Shown piece by piece: positions 13,801-20,217 of a stretch of 64,000 bases of DNA. The notes under the pieces were generated by a model. That model was not told where the DNA came from. It saw only the letters and a program-made list of their open reading frames with translations, and did not search any database. Every line of letters starts with the position of its first letter. Position 1 is the first letter of the stretch. The position numbers were made by a program, and so were the translations under genes. The stretch comes from an uncultured virus (IMG/VR IMGVR_UViG_3300032167_007852) (Duplodnaviria > Heunggongvirae > Uroviricota > Caudoviricetes): positions 1 to 64,000 of the IMG/VR virus record IMGVR_UViG_3300032167_007852; one strand, 5' to 3'.

Positions 13801-14429
13801 GTATTCCAATTACTTACATCTAATGTAGTTAACATATTACAGTTAGAGAACATACGCATAGCATCTGTAACATTTGTCATGTCTATCATTGCAACGTCAG
13901 CTTTTATTAAATTTGCACAATTATTAAACATATAACGAGTATTAATTGGTGATAATTGTGTTTGTATGCTAAATTTTCTCAAGTTTTCACAACCATTAAA
14001 TGCACCACCTAAATTATCTGATTTGGCAGTTAAGTTTTTTACTTCAACAAGACACTCTTTCATACTATCTGTAGGTGCAGAGCTTTTACCGAATGTGAAG
14101 TGTCCACTTATGTCATAAATACCAGCTTTATTATATATATGCACAGTCGGATCTTCGTTTTCTTGACCAATCACAGATTCATCTATCGTTGAAGCTATAT
14201 TATCTTCAGAAATTTGTAAAAAGTTTCCACTACCGTCTCCCCAACTGATAATCGCATCATCCTCAGTTATGTGATCAGTTGAAGACACTACTTTTAGTGA
14301 ATAATTATCATAAGGAATTTTAACAGTTATTTTTGTTATTCTGTCAATTTTTTCATCAAATAATATTTGATCAATTATATCATTTTGATATCTTCCTTCT
14401 ATACTTTTTCCTCTATATATAATCTTCAT
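1884..14429 (-). CDS. Giant 4181-aa BspA/DUF285-type LRR protein, probable virion fibre/adhesin
   Basis: Roughly a hundred 26-aa repeats (xMFxxCxxLTSLDVSNxDTSNVT) in blocks separated by five related cap domains (A/V-x-Y-x-Y/F-D...IPxFN...RTI...LPxxMRFG); phage-tail-like C-terminus (WLAKNPLTLIYSLAEP); no signal peptide; late-promoter motif upstream. Confidence 0.9.
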   Translation of the reverse strand: MKIIYRGKSIEGRYQNDIIDQILFDEKIDRITKITVKIPYDNYSLKVVSSTDHITEDDAIISWGDGSGNFLQISEDNIASTIDESVIGQENEDPTVHIYNKAGIYDISGHFTFGKSSAPTDSMKECLVEVKNLTAKSDNLGGAFNGCENLRKFSIQTQLSPINTRYMFNNCANLIKADVAMIDMTNVTDAMRMFSNCNMLTTLDVSNWNTGNIKHIGWMFWRCYELTTLDVSNWNTSNVTSMEAAFHHCYKLEALDVSNWDVGKVEHLGHTFARCESISTLDVSKWDAKVVTNMNRTFYKCINLTSLNVSKFDTSNVTTFQGTFEECTNLTVIEGMINWNTAKVQKMGSMFNGCELLQDISTVINFDTQNVTNMSCLFKNCKAITSLDLSNFNTVNVTDLSGLLEGCSGLTNVNISGLNMTKNKTIANMFKDCINLESIQGIRDLNVSNITNMDYMFYGCEKLATLDLSNWVTSVKLTSMKAMFYGCKALTSLNVSGFNVSNVTDIVGIVDDVDHGLFDSCNAITEIIGIDRWHTGNITNMRSMFAGCNNLTSLDVSNFNTSNVTNMSRMFTSCKSLTSLDVNGFDTSNVTTTRDMFYNCQLLTSLDVSKWDTRNFTTLWGMFNQCYELTTLDVSKWDTSNVTSMWYTFNQCYKLTSLDVSNWNTSKVTSLAFTFRDCRVIKELKVSDWDTSQVTDMRCTFATCREITELDLHKWNTSKVTNMDSFIPYCTNLVKLDVSGWVTSNVTNMYGMFISCINLQKLDLGTWSARNVTNMKQMFYNCPSLTTLGDTTYFNPEKVTDMNQMFYNCEKLEEIRGIGNWVTGELTDIAAMFANCKALKYLDLGGFNVSKVVYPCANISGIEYGLFRDCNNIEYINGLENWETKNMTQMHYMFMRCHNLKRLDISNWNTANVTYMYHMFDDCEKMEELIIGENFDTSKVTSMQYMFYDCNQLTSLDVSNWNTSNVMYIENMFYNCNRLTSLDVSNWDTSKVTSMRYLFGNCRSLTTLDVSNFDTSNVTDMQNMFHECPKLTSLDVSNWDTSKVTRMDRMFDNCQSLTSLNVSNWDTGNVTNMSHMFYQCTNLTSLDVSDWDTSKVNHMDNMFRSCQSLTSIDVSNFDTSNVTTMYAMFYNCNHLTSLDVSKWDTGNVINMSSMFNICNKLTSLNLSNFDTSNVTNMSHMFYGCNELTSIGDVSNWDVSNVTDMSVLFCACNKLTSLDVSKWVTSKVTNMYATFYRCELLPVINVSNWDVSKVTDMRSMFDNCRSLTSLDVSKWDTRNVTDMDTMFAACKALTALDVSNFNTGNVTTMAGMFRESNLLTEIVGLNNFNVSKVENMAMIFHGCSNLLSLNLSNWNTDSLIYITNDNESGGMFSGCHKLQSITFGEGFNTSKVINMKYMFASCFELVNLDVSNFNTSNVTDMQYMFYYCNKLTSLDVSGFNTSKVTNMQAMFYQCTDLTSLDVSNFNTSNVTTMNHMFYKCSNLTSLDVSKWDVSKVNNMYYIFRACMRLTSLDVSKWDTSNVTTLYGSFQDCASLTSLDVSNWNTSNVNTMHYSFANCAQLTTLDLTRWDTSKVTNMAGMFHTCVRLTSINVSNFDTGNVGTIGQMFFNCRLLTEIIGLENWDVSNVTDMSGLFSKCEQLSILNISNWNTEKLIYTVYTDANGVKQGIFTNCKNLTSLDLSNWNTSNVTDMSYMFSDCQSLTSLDVSGFNTSNVIAMRWMFQNCQSLTSLDVSGFNTGNVTDMTYMFFGCHKLTSLDVSNFDTSNVNAMQGVFQYCKSLTSLDVSNWDTSKALIVHGMFNNTKLITVNISKFDLSSLQDAGNPATHIFSCDGANTEQGMSLKTVYFTDVTLPYKDYSSMFANRIGLKYVQCNNVNNINMIIGQIPARTVEDPGFFVTNADYTLDMEVNLAAKNWNIVNLKEVGNVVVQYKYDMNIYRDLLPVFNPEFTGYFWIDEIEDETKPNIVTRTIKCLDENLPTMVRFGTSISVDVDYVPGDEKALISVDYLNTENLTSCKLMFKKCANLTNVNTSGWNTSNVTDMYSMFSYCDKLTSLDVSNFDTSNVTNMQYMFYNCNKLTTIDVSNFDTSNVAYLTSMFSSCQLLTSLDVSGFNTSKVTNMHGMFNLCRSLTTIDVSNFDTSKVTDMAGMFYNCQSLTSLDVSNWDTSKVTQMHNMFYNCNKLTSLDVSNWDVSNVITIQGIFHQCKSLTSLDVSNWDTSKVTRMDYMFFYCNKLNALDVSKWNTSKVVNMCGMFQDCYGLTSLDVSNWDTSKVTTMHCMFLSCIGLTQIDLSNWDTSKVTSMSEMFRNVSNVNKLDCGNFDMSQVDIINSMFKAMARLKVLDLTHVEFTADDYQEILLGTNNLEVLKCDKPSTIHKLVELLPDRNGQENPGKLITTVQDRLNPYCFEVLLEKNWEITSEVGLLVADYIFDPAIHNSMIPVMNDGYLDDCVIEDEVILNYVEPTDEVEVVNENEGIMTLEETEGRMVIRRKIYNLKGESPSSIRFGAAYMEQNLYTDEVYHYRLSLIEVLYIDISNCTDITRLFNVCKNLRKVEGMLVTNKITAMSSVFFACKKLTSIDLSNWDTRNVTTIQAMFYHCDSLTSLDLSNWDVSNVSGMTCVFTWCSGLQSLNLNNWNTSNVIHMNGFLQGCALLSKLDLSGFDTSKVTTMNNMLNGCKSTYMDLSNFIINDDCDITYMIDFQKSIKYLKLDDAASLEKLLPQLPTRDVNDKGHIVTYNPDALSSTAKTTLTNKNWVVHSVDECTIAAYGFDNTVCEDVMPIFNEDYDASALSISDHVHGGYFVHRDIMNFEGKLPSTIKFGGDEPDARTNALMQIGDINLTGITDYSEMFKNCTNLNYLNICVGEKTPTNVSHMFEGCSNLELFDIYRMEFDEITSYEGMFAGCNKLCKIRVRDIQNEVFMNILRDENNNFAEVKEIVSSRVHDLTEEERGVIEGLGWGLKGMIAHYAYDAMIANDYIPVFNDEFTDFEVFDYLNERQGIMHRTIESNQLPTLMRFGQSAAGNDGVENIPKNLLSLLEVYDCDTNNLNTMENMFDWCINVIKINANWVTSKVTNMRAMFNNCQKLTSLDVSGFDTSNVTDMRYMFSYCNKLTSLDVSNFNTGNVTTMRSMFANCYNLTSLDVSNFNTSKVDNMADMFWNCSKLTSLDVSKWDTSKVTDMRYMFSYCNKLTSLDVSNFNTGNVTTMRSMFANCYNLTSLDVSNFNTSKVNNISNMFSYCNKLTSLDVNNWDTSNVVAAHYMFDACSSLKVLHLSNWDTTKISLMQFMFASCHTLSVLDLCNFTINENTNIEVLFSSALRVIRCNNAESVRMIVPKLITKEQELEPGIIISDAEISEETLAALAAKNWTVVTSDSFIKVAEYVYDPDVWASLIPEFNAEFVRYFINDEEIEGEGVDGTVKTLVKRTIWSLGDLPIMMKFGYPYGDNLIGNKHKSLLEVNYIDMNAINTMRHMFRLCTNIRKIELNTIGDNVTDMYTAFANCYKLTSLDVSNFNTSNVTNMDYMFYRCESLTLLDVSNFDTGKVTTMEYMFGLCKSLTSLDVSNFDTSKVTIMRRMFAYCESLTSLDVSNWDTSNVTDMYEMFVNCKSLTTLDVSNWNTGKVYRIHSMFYGCGLLESIDLSNFELDKMTNANGFGWMFSFCSNLKEVKLPKFNMSTSYACMFRYATSIKFIDLSNTITITENISELFEECHNLETIDISNIKLNVSSNVNELFYNVGNTLTDIGMVHCDVETINIVAAQTPVQPITIWIGTHLTAEEIASLDQYDHITYSIQLENAERLLLSSPLLEGDEIKVVDGQLCHVHNTGMDVFDGSTDEGWVLGSVGTSNYRIELYSQEVLTYGHSYSNYLSRGFAICDRIPRLYTDTTADATIYPLDKSFISLLDSGTSIYNRAASIKLSREIANTVAEGKAWLAKNPLTLIYSLAEPWTEVIDLPRANIDVELYENGVLYMSDPTASINRVDSDGNMIIDTIQGDSVMNVSNQQFSVELSEESDAPIQTGEILEDNSIRPKFYGRTMVNLMDIIGWGKFIHPTDNYGAYIYNSHDITNKSITITNFNDKPIKIGIYNSEVQNADGRGVDIAANSSVIINLSEVESLFSVLGRFTEGWSEENMHELKNINIFEGELSEDELPENRMNGMRNAFDKYQTTEGKYRVEMVVSNSPIQFGKAGRK
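4761..5153. repeat. Identical 159-bp internal duplication (4761-4919 and 4995-5153) in the LRR gene
   Basis: Identical by eye; offset 234 bp = three 78-bp LRR units. Confidence 0.85.
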
Positions 14430-14538
14430 AATTTATTTTTTCTCCTTTCTTTTAATAAATTATACATTATCTATTTGTTTTTGAATAGAAAAAATAAAGA
14501 GAAGATAGGAATTATCTTCTCTTTATCATTGTTTTATC

Positions 14539-15138
14539 TTATAATCCATCTATTATATCTGTGATATCTTCATCAGTAACAGGAGGACATTCACATCCAG
14601 TTTCAATTGGAACTCTCTTAATTATATTGATTCTTCTACTACCATCAACTATAACAAATTCTCCATATAACATATAGTCTTGACCATTGAATACAGTATC
14701 AACACCATTTGCTCCAAGAACAGATTCGTCGAATTTCATAGCTCCACCAAATCCATCATCTTTATTAGCAACTAAATCAAATATTACAGGTATAGCTATT
14801 ACTATAAGTTGACCTTGTTCGACATGACCAATAGATAATGCTCTTTCACCTGGTTTAGTAGATATAAAGTCATCTCTAGATACCATTTCAAATGTTATAT
14901 CTTTGAATGAATGTATATTACCAACTTCTTTAGGATCTAATATACCATAATACATTTGTGCAGTAATATCATATTCAGGAACAACGAACATACCAAGCAT
15001 GTCGTTAACTTCATTAATAGCACCAAGTACAGTTTTATCAGAAGTTTGTAATTGTTCGAATTTTTTAACTTCAAGTCCTTTTATAGCATCACGTACAAAT
15101 TCTTCTGTAGCGATTGTAACTACTCTCTTTACACCCAT
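14539..15138 (-). CDS. Putative virion/fibre-associated protein
   Basis: AAGGAG RBS; LQTSDKTVLGAINEV resembles the LxTxxK...AINE motif of phage fibre proteins; structural context. Confidence 0.6.
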   Translation of the reverse strand: MGVKRVVTIATEEFVRDAIKGLEVKKFEQLQTSDKTVLGAINEVNDMLGMFVVPEYDITAQMYYGILDPKEVGNIHSFKDITFEMVSRDDFISTKPGERALSIGHVEQGQLIVIAIPVIFDLVANKDDGFGGAMKFDESVLGANGVDTVFNGQDYMLYGEFVIVDGSRRINIIKRVPIETGCECPPVTDEDITDIIDGL

Positions 15139-15179
15139 GTTATTTCACTCCTTTCTTATGGTTATAGTCTTGTTTTTTC

Positions 15180-16244
15180 TTACTCTTTAGGTACAAATAC
15201 TTTAGAAACTCCACCTATAGTTACAACTAGTTCTCCGTTTTCATTAAATTTAAACATATTTGCTAATTCTTTAACAGCAGAGAATAAACTTATTCCATGA
15301 CACTCTTCGTTAGTTAAGTTTATTCTTATAGCATCAGTTCTTATAATATTGCCTTCATCATCTAACCATTCTATTATATAATCCCATCCTATAGGTTTTG
15401 CAGCTGTAGAGTTTTTACCGAAATAAGTCCAATTTCCTCCACTTAAACTAGCAAGAGCTAACCATATAGTTTTAGATTTTTTACCTTCTAATCTAACATT
15501 TCTTTCAGCAATAACACCTTTGTCACCTTCATTGAAAGCAACCGCACCTTCTGGAGCTTCTGTAGTCATTGACATATAATACATATTAGGGTTTCCAGTT
15601 TCTCCAACTTCTTGTTGTTTGAACACTGCTTCTTTTGGACACATTATTCTTATTTCATCTTCTCTATAGTCAACTATAGTTCCTTCTGGTACTCCACCTA
15701 TCACATGTTTTTCTTTTACTAATTCAGCAACTTCTTCTTTAGTAGCTAATCCAGCTAATACTTCAGGGTCAACATCTTTTCCAGCAGGTCCTTGAGGTCC
15801 TTCTGGTCCTTGTATACCCTGTTCACCTTGGTCCCCTTTCTCTCCTTTTTCACCTTGAGGTCCTTGTTCACCTTGTGGTCCTTGAGGTCCAACTTCTCCT
15901 TGTTCCCCTCTTTCACCTTGTGGTCCTTGTTCACCTTGGTCCCCTTTCTCTCCTTTTTCACCTTGTGGTCCAACTTCACCTTGGTCACCTTTATCACCTT
16001 TAGGTCCTTGTTCACCTTGTGGTCCTTGTGGTCCAACACCACCTTCTGATCCACCACCTACAACAGCCCACTTACCAGGACAACCATCTTCTACACATAT
16101 ATACATAGGTTCTGTTTCTCTTTTTTCTCCAACATTTACAATAATACAACCTTTAGTATAATGGCGTCTATTATTAGGTATTCCATCACCGATAAGTATC
16201 GAATGAAGACCTAATAAATTTTCTTCATTGTATTTTTTACTCAC
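15180..16244 (-). CDS. Collagen-like (Gly-X-Y) virion protein
   Basis: Uninterrupted [13 protein letters not shown] triplet run; GTG start after AAAGGAG. Confidence 0.85.
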   Translation of the reverse strand: MSKKYNEENLLGLHSILIGDGIPNNRRHYTKGCIIVNVGEKRETEPMYICVEDGCPGKWAVVGGGSEGGVGPQGPQGEQGPKGDKGDQGEVGPQGEKGEKGDQGEQGPQGERGEQGEVGPQGPQGEQGPQGEKGEKGDQGEQGIQGPEGPQGPAGKDVDPEVLAGLATKEEVAELVKEKHVIGGVPEGTIVDYREDEIRIMCPKEAVFKQQEVGETGNPNMYYMSMTTEAPEGAVAFNEGDKGVIAERNVRLEGKKSKTIWLALASLSGGNWTYFGKNSTAAKPIGWDYIIEWLDDEGNIIRTDAIRINLTNEECHGISLFSAVKELANMFKFNENGELVVTIGGVSKVFVPKE

Positions 16245-16333
16245 ACTGTCATCTCCTTTCTATTATTTTTTATTGCTTACCTAATTGTTTTTTTAATAAA
16301 GAATATGAGTATAGACCAAAGTCTATACTCATT

Positions 16334-16666
16334 TTATCCTTTAGGTTCTTCATCGTTTTCGCTTAAGTTTGCTTCACCTTTATAGTTTTCTATTTCACTA
16401 TCATATGCTCTAGCTTTTTGTCCGTTAGCTATTTTAGATTTTTTAATAGAAGCTAATAACCAAAGTTCTCCAGTACAAAATGCATAAAAGCATGTAGTTA
16501 ATGTAGGAGATATTTCTATTCCTATTTTTAATTGTAACCATATTGCTGCAGTAGTATAAGTAAATAAAGACACGATAACAAATGCTATTATCCATTTACT
16601 TGTTCTACTATGTGATTTCATTCTTTTACGTTTGATTTTGTCTTTGATAAGACGTATCTTAAACAT
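16334..16666 (-). CDS. Two-TM membrane protein, holin candidate
   Basis: Basic N-terminus, two hydrophobic segments, charged tail; divergent from the endolysin. Confidence 0.55.
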   Translation of the reverse strand: MFKIRLIKDKIKRKRMKSHSRTSKWIIAFVIVSLFTYTTAAIWLQLKIGIEISPTLTTCFYAFCTGELWLLASIKKSKIANGQKARAYDSEIENYKGEANLSENDEEPKG

Positions 16667-16778
16667 TAGAATTCCACTCCCTCAATTTAGTTTTTATTAA
16701 ATATTTGTTGACATGAAACAACTAATTAAATTGGATAAAGAAATTCAATAATAGCAAATTTTAAAGGGAGTGTTGAAT

Positions 16779-17257
16779 ATGGCTAGATATATAATATTAG
16801 ATGCAGGTCATGCGTCTGTAACTGCAGGAAAGCGTTCTCCTGATAGTACATTAAAAGAATGGGAGTTCAATAATGCAATGCAGTATAAACTAAAAGCTAG
16901 ATTAGAACAGTTAGGATTTATAGTTTATTTAGTAAATCCAAATCCTGAAAAAGGTGCTGAAGTTTCTCTAGCAAGTAGATGTTCAAAAGCAAATAGCTAT
17001 TGGGCAGGAAAAGGTAAACCAGGTGATACATTATATGTTTCATTACATGCAAATGCTGCTGGTAGTGGAGGATGGTCAACTGCAAGAGGTGTTGAAGTAT
17101 TCACATCTGTAGGATGTTCATCTAAATCTGCTAATGCTGCTAAAAAGGTTTGTAATGCAATTTATAAAGACGTTTATGCTATAGATAAAGGATTTAAAAA
17201 CAGAGGACATAAATCAAATAACTATTATGTTGTTAAAAATACAAACATGCCAGCCGT
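16779..17257 (+). CDS. Endolysin exon 1: N-acetylmuramoyl-L-alanine amidase (Amidase_3)
   Basis: ILDAGH, KEWEFN and SLHANA zinc-ligand motifs; ends ...NTNMPA-GT at the group I 5' splice site. Confidence 0.9.
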
Positions 17258-18263
17258 AAACGATTAATGCGGCTGTAAAAATCTTTCGAATTGCGGGAAC
17301 ACCCTTAGAGCTTAAACTACTAAACTATAATAGTGATATTATAGTGGCTAGGAGTAATTACCCTAGGTATAGTAAAAAGGTTTAAGATTGGGCAATCCGC
17401 AGCCAAGTATAATTATTCAATAAAAATATAACATATCTTTAATTTCATTTAAAAGGGAGTGTTGTATAACATGGAAGAGATATGGAAAAATCATCCGTAT
17501 TTAGAAAATACGATGGTATCTAATTTAGGTAGAGTTAAAAATATTAAACCATACGCTTATCAACAAAGCGTTGTTAACAAAGGACGTAGTGGAAAAAGTA
17601 GAGAAAGAATATTATCATTAATTTTACAACCTAATAATGGATACTATTATGTTCATATTCAAGTCAATGGTGTTTCTAAAGGATTTAGAGTTCATAGATT
17701 AGTTGCTGAAACATTTATACCTAATCCAGAAAATAAACCTTTTGTAAATCATATTGATGGTGATAAAACTAATAATACGGTAGAAAATCTCGAATGGTGT
17801 ACAGCTAAAGAAAATACAAATCATGCCATAAATAATGGTATAATGGATATAAACAATCATTGGGAAAAAGTTAAAGATAAAATGAATGGTTCAGAATATC
17901 TTAAAAAACCAATCGTTTTATATGATAAGCATACAGATGAATTTGTTAGAAGATTTGATAGTATAACAGATTGTGCTCATTGGTTTATAGAAACTGGACT
18001 TTGTAAGGGGACGTTTAAAACAGCTAAAACGTCAATAGATAAAGTTTTAGCAGGAATAAGACCTACAACATATGGATTTAAAATATACTATGAATAATTA
18101 TAAAGGTTCAACGACTATCTCGTAAGAGAGTACATTCAAGCGAATGGAAGTGGAAGATTTACCTATTGGTAAGTGATATAGTCTTATCTCATATGAAAGT
18201 ATGAGCAGTCTTGTAAAGACGGGTCGGATAGTAGCGAATCCGATTGAAAATAAATTATAAATG
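17258..18263 (+). mobile_element. Group I self-splicing intron (1006 nt) with homing endonuclease
   Basis: P1: exon CAGCCGU pairs with GCGGCUG, with U-G at the splice site; P10: CGAUUAAU pairs with 3' exon GUUAAUCG; core motifs AAUUGCGGGAA, AAUCCGCAGCCAAG, GUUCAACGACU, GAUAUAGUC; terminal G at 18263; splicing restores MPAVLIEYEFYTN. Confidence 0.93.
17471..18097 (+). CDS. Intron-encoded NUMOD4-HNH homing endonuclease
   Basis: EIWK...VSNLGRVK (NUMOD4); VHRLVAETFIPNPENKPFVNHIDGDKTNNTVENLEW (HNH); C-terminal NUMOD1-like segment. Confidence 0.92.
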   Translation: MEEIWKNHPYLENTMVSNLGRVKNIKPYAYQQSVVNKGRSGKSRERILSLILQPNNGYYYVHIQVNGVSKGFRVHRLVAETFIPNPENKPFVNHIDGDKTNNTVENLEWCTAKENTNHAINNGIMDINNHWEKVKDKMNGSEYLKKPIVLYDKHTDEFVRRFDSITDCAHWFIETGLCKGTFKTAKTSIDKVLAGIRPTTYGFKIYYE

Positions 18264-18672
18264 GTTAATCGAATATGAATTCTATACTAATCAAGCAGGA
18301 GTGGCTTTATTAAAAAACAAAAGAGATTTATTATGTGAAGCAACATTAAAAGGAATATGCGAACATTTTGGTATAACTTATAAAGCTCCAAGTGTTGCTA
18401 AAGAACCTGTTAAAGAAACAACTCAACCAACTAAATTACCTTCTACAGGTAAACCATGGAAAAATGGAACTTATAATGCTAAGGTTAAAGTTACAGCTTC
18501 TAGCTTAAATGTTAGAGCAGGAAGACCTGGAAGTGGAAACTATAATACAATTTTAGGTCAATTCAAAAAAGGTGATGTTATAACAGTTGGATATTGCTTA
18601 GATGGATGGTTTGGAGTTATCTTTAATGGAAAACAAGGATTCCTATCAGGAGATTATGTAGTATTAGTATAA
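18264..18672 (+). CDS. Endolysin exon 2: end of amidase domain plus SH3b cell-wall-binding domain
   Basis: LIEYEFYTN carries the catalytic Glu; VTASSLNVRAG...GWFGV...GFLSGDYV is SH3b-like; spliced product is 295 aa. Confidence 0.9.
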
Positions 18673-18738
18673 AAAATTTAAATAGAAGGATGGGCTATGC
18701 TCCCATCCTGCATAAATATTTTTAAGGAGTAGGTTGAT

Positions 18739-19107
18739 ATGAATAACTATGTTTATAGATACGATCAGTTCGTTGTTAGAAAAACAACTGATGGAGGTTT
18801 TGTTGTAGTAAATACAAAATCAGGTTATGAATGTCATTCACATGTAAGTTCAGTTCAGGCTGGAAAAGCTTTATGTAAATTGGCAGCAAAACATAAATTA
18901 CCAAGAAATAATGATTTATATTTTATAGAAAGTTTAATTAGGTTATCCAACAATAAAAAATATTTATGTGAGTTGAAAAAGTTAAGAGATGATATAATAA
19001 ATAATAGAGTTGTAGAAACAAAGAAATCAAAAATGATGAGAGAAAATGAAAATGATATAAGAAAAGAAATAAAAGAAGGATTAGATGAGTATTATGAAAA
19101 TGAATAA
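18739..19107 (+). CDS. Hypothetical protein
   Basis: ORF with AAGGAG RBS. Confidence 0.7.
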   Translation: MNNYVYRYDQFVVRKTTDGGFVVVNTKSGYECHSHVSSVQAGKALCKLAAKHKLPRNNDLYFIESLIRLSNNKKYLCELKKLRDDIINNRVVETKKSKMMRENENDIRKEIKEGLDEYYENE

Positions 19108-19110
19108 AAG

Positions 19111-19150
19111 ATAATCTATCATATAAGCATATGCTTATATGATAGATTAT
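19111..19150. terminator. Perfect 40-bp palindrome, probable bidirectional terminator
   Basis: ATAATCTATCATATAAGCAT-ATGCTTATATGATAGATTAT between convergent genes. Confidence 0.75.
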
Positions 19151-19155
19151 TTGTT

Positions 19156-19368
19156 TTAATGTTTAATCATACGTTTAATCATTATTTTTAATACTGCATA
19201 TAATAATAATGCTATTAAACCTGAAGCACCAAATATAAAGCCTATAACAGCAGACCAATTAGGACTCATGTTTAAATCTGGAAAATTATCATTCCCTACT
19301 TTCACACCCTCATGTGCAACAAATGCACATAAAACCATTAATGCTAATGATAATAAAAATTCTAACAT
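19156..19368 (-). CDS. Small two-TM membrane protein (paralog of 56323-56520)
   Basis: Two hydrophobic segments; shares a W-x-A-x-IGF-x-x-G-x-x-GL motif with 56323-56520. Confidence 0.7.
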   Translation of the reverse strand: MLEFLLSLALMVLCAFVAHEGVKVGNDNFPDLNMSPNWSAVIGFIFGASGLIALLLYAVLKIMIKRMIKH

Positions 19369-19382
19369 ATTAGTTCACTCCT

Positions 19383-20081
19383 TTAATTATTTAATATAGA
19401 TTCAAGTTCTTCTAGAGTTATCTTACTAACTATTCCTCTCCATTCAACTGGAGAACAAGAATAAGTTGGTATAACGTCTTCGTCATCATCTTCAAGAACT
19501 GATAATAAACCTACTGTTATTAATGATTGTATATCACTATTAATTACTATATATTGTCCGTCAATATTAAATACAACTTTCAATTCTATTTCACCAACAC
19601 TTTCTAGATTACCATTAATCATTATGTCATCTAATATTTGTAAGTTTGGTGGTGTTAATAATACTAATTTTAATAATGGAATTCTTCTTATATTACAGTT
19701 CTCTCCATTAACTAAAATTCTTTCATTTCCACTTACATCACATAATATTATATTATCAGCATCTAACGGTTTAATTTCATCTGCTATATCTAATAATTCC
19801 TCTGTTGATACAAATGAATCCTTGAATTCATCTGGAACTATGTCTTCTTCATGTATTTCTACTGAAGGGCATGCTTCAGGATGAACTATATCTGATAAAT
19901 TTGTAAATTCTTGTATTTCTCCTATTTCTTCAACTAACTCTGAATCTATTAAAATAAAAGGTTCTATAACAACCTCTTCTTCAACCTCTTCCTCTTCTGT
20001 ATGGTTTATTTCTTTATGTTTTTTTAACACTTCCTTTAATGCTTTTTCTATTACTTCTTTCATATCTCTTTTTTCACTCAT
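19383..20081 (-). CDS. Acidic hypothetical protein
   Basis: GGAGGT RBS 8 nt before the ATG at 20081; late-promoter motif upstream. Confidence 0.75.
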   Translation of the reverse strand: MSEKRDMKEVIEKALKEVLKKHKEINHTEEEEVEEEVVIEPFILIDSELVEEIGEIQEFTNLSDIVHPEACPSVEIHEEDIVPDEFKDSFVSTEELLDIADEIKPLDADNIILCDVSGNERILVNGENCNIRRIPLLKLVLLTPPNLQILDDIMINGNLESVGEIELKVVFNIDGQYIVINSDIQSLITVGLLSVLEDDDEDVIPTYSCSPVEWRGIVSKITLEELESILNN

Positions 20082-20217
20082 ATTCAATTACCTCCATTTA
20101 ATTATTTTCTTTCATATTATTTTGTTATATACTATATAATTTTTAACAACCCTTTCTCCAACTACTCAAAAAACAAACTATTAAGGATAAAAACTATTTT
20201 AAAAAGGAGGCTTTAAT

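Noticed and set aside
1..13900. 78-bp periodic conserved/variable pattern resembling a CRISPR array
   Set aside because: The period is 26 codons inside continuous ORFs, the variable parts keep M, F and C codons, and there are no cas genes.
15755..16057. Alternative-frame ORFs over the collagen repeat
   Set aside because: By-product of Gly-X-Y codon periodicity.
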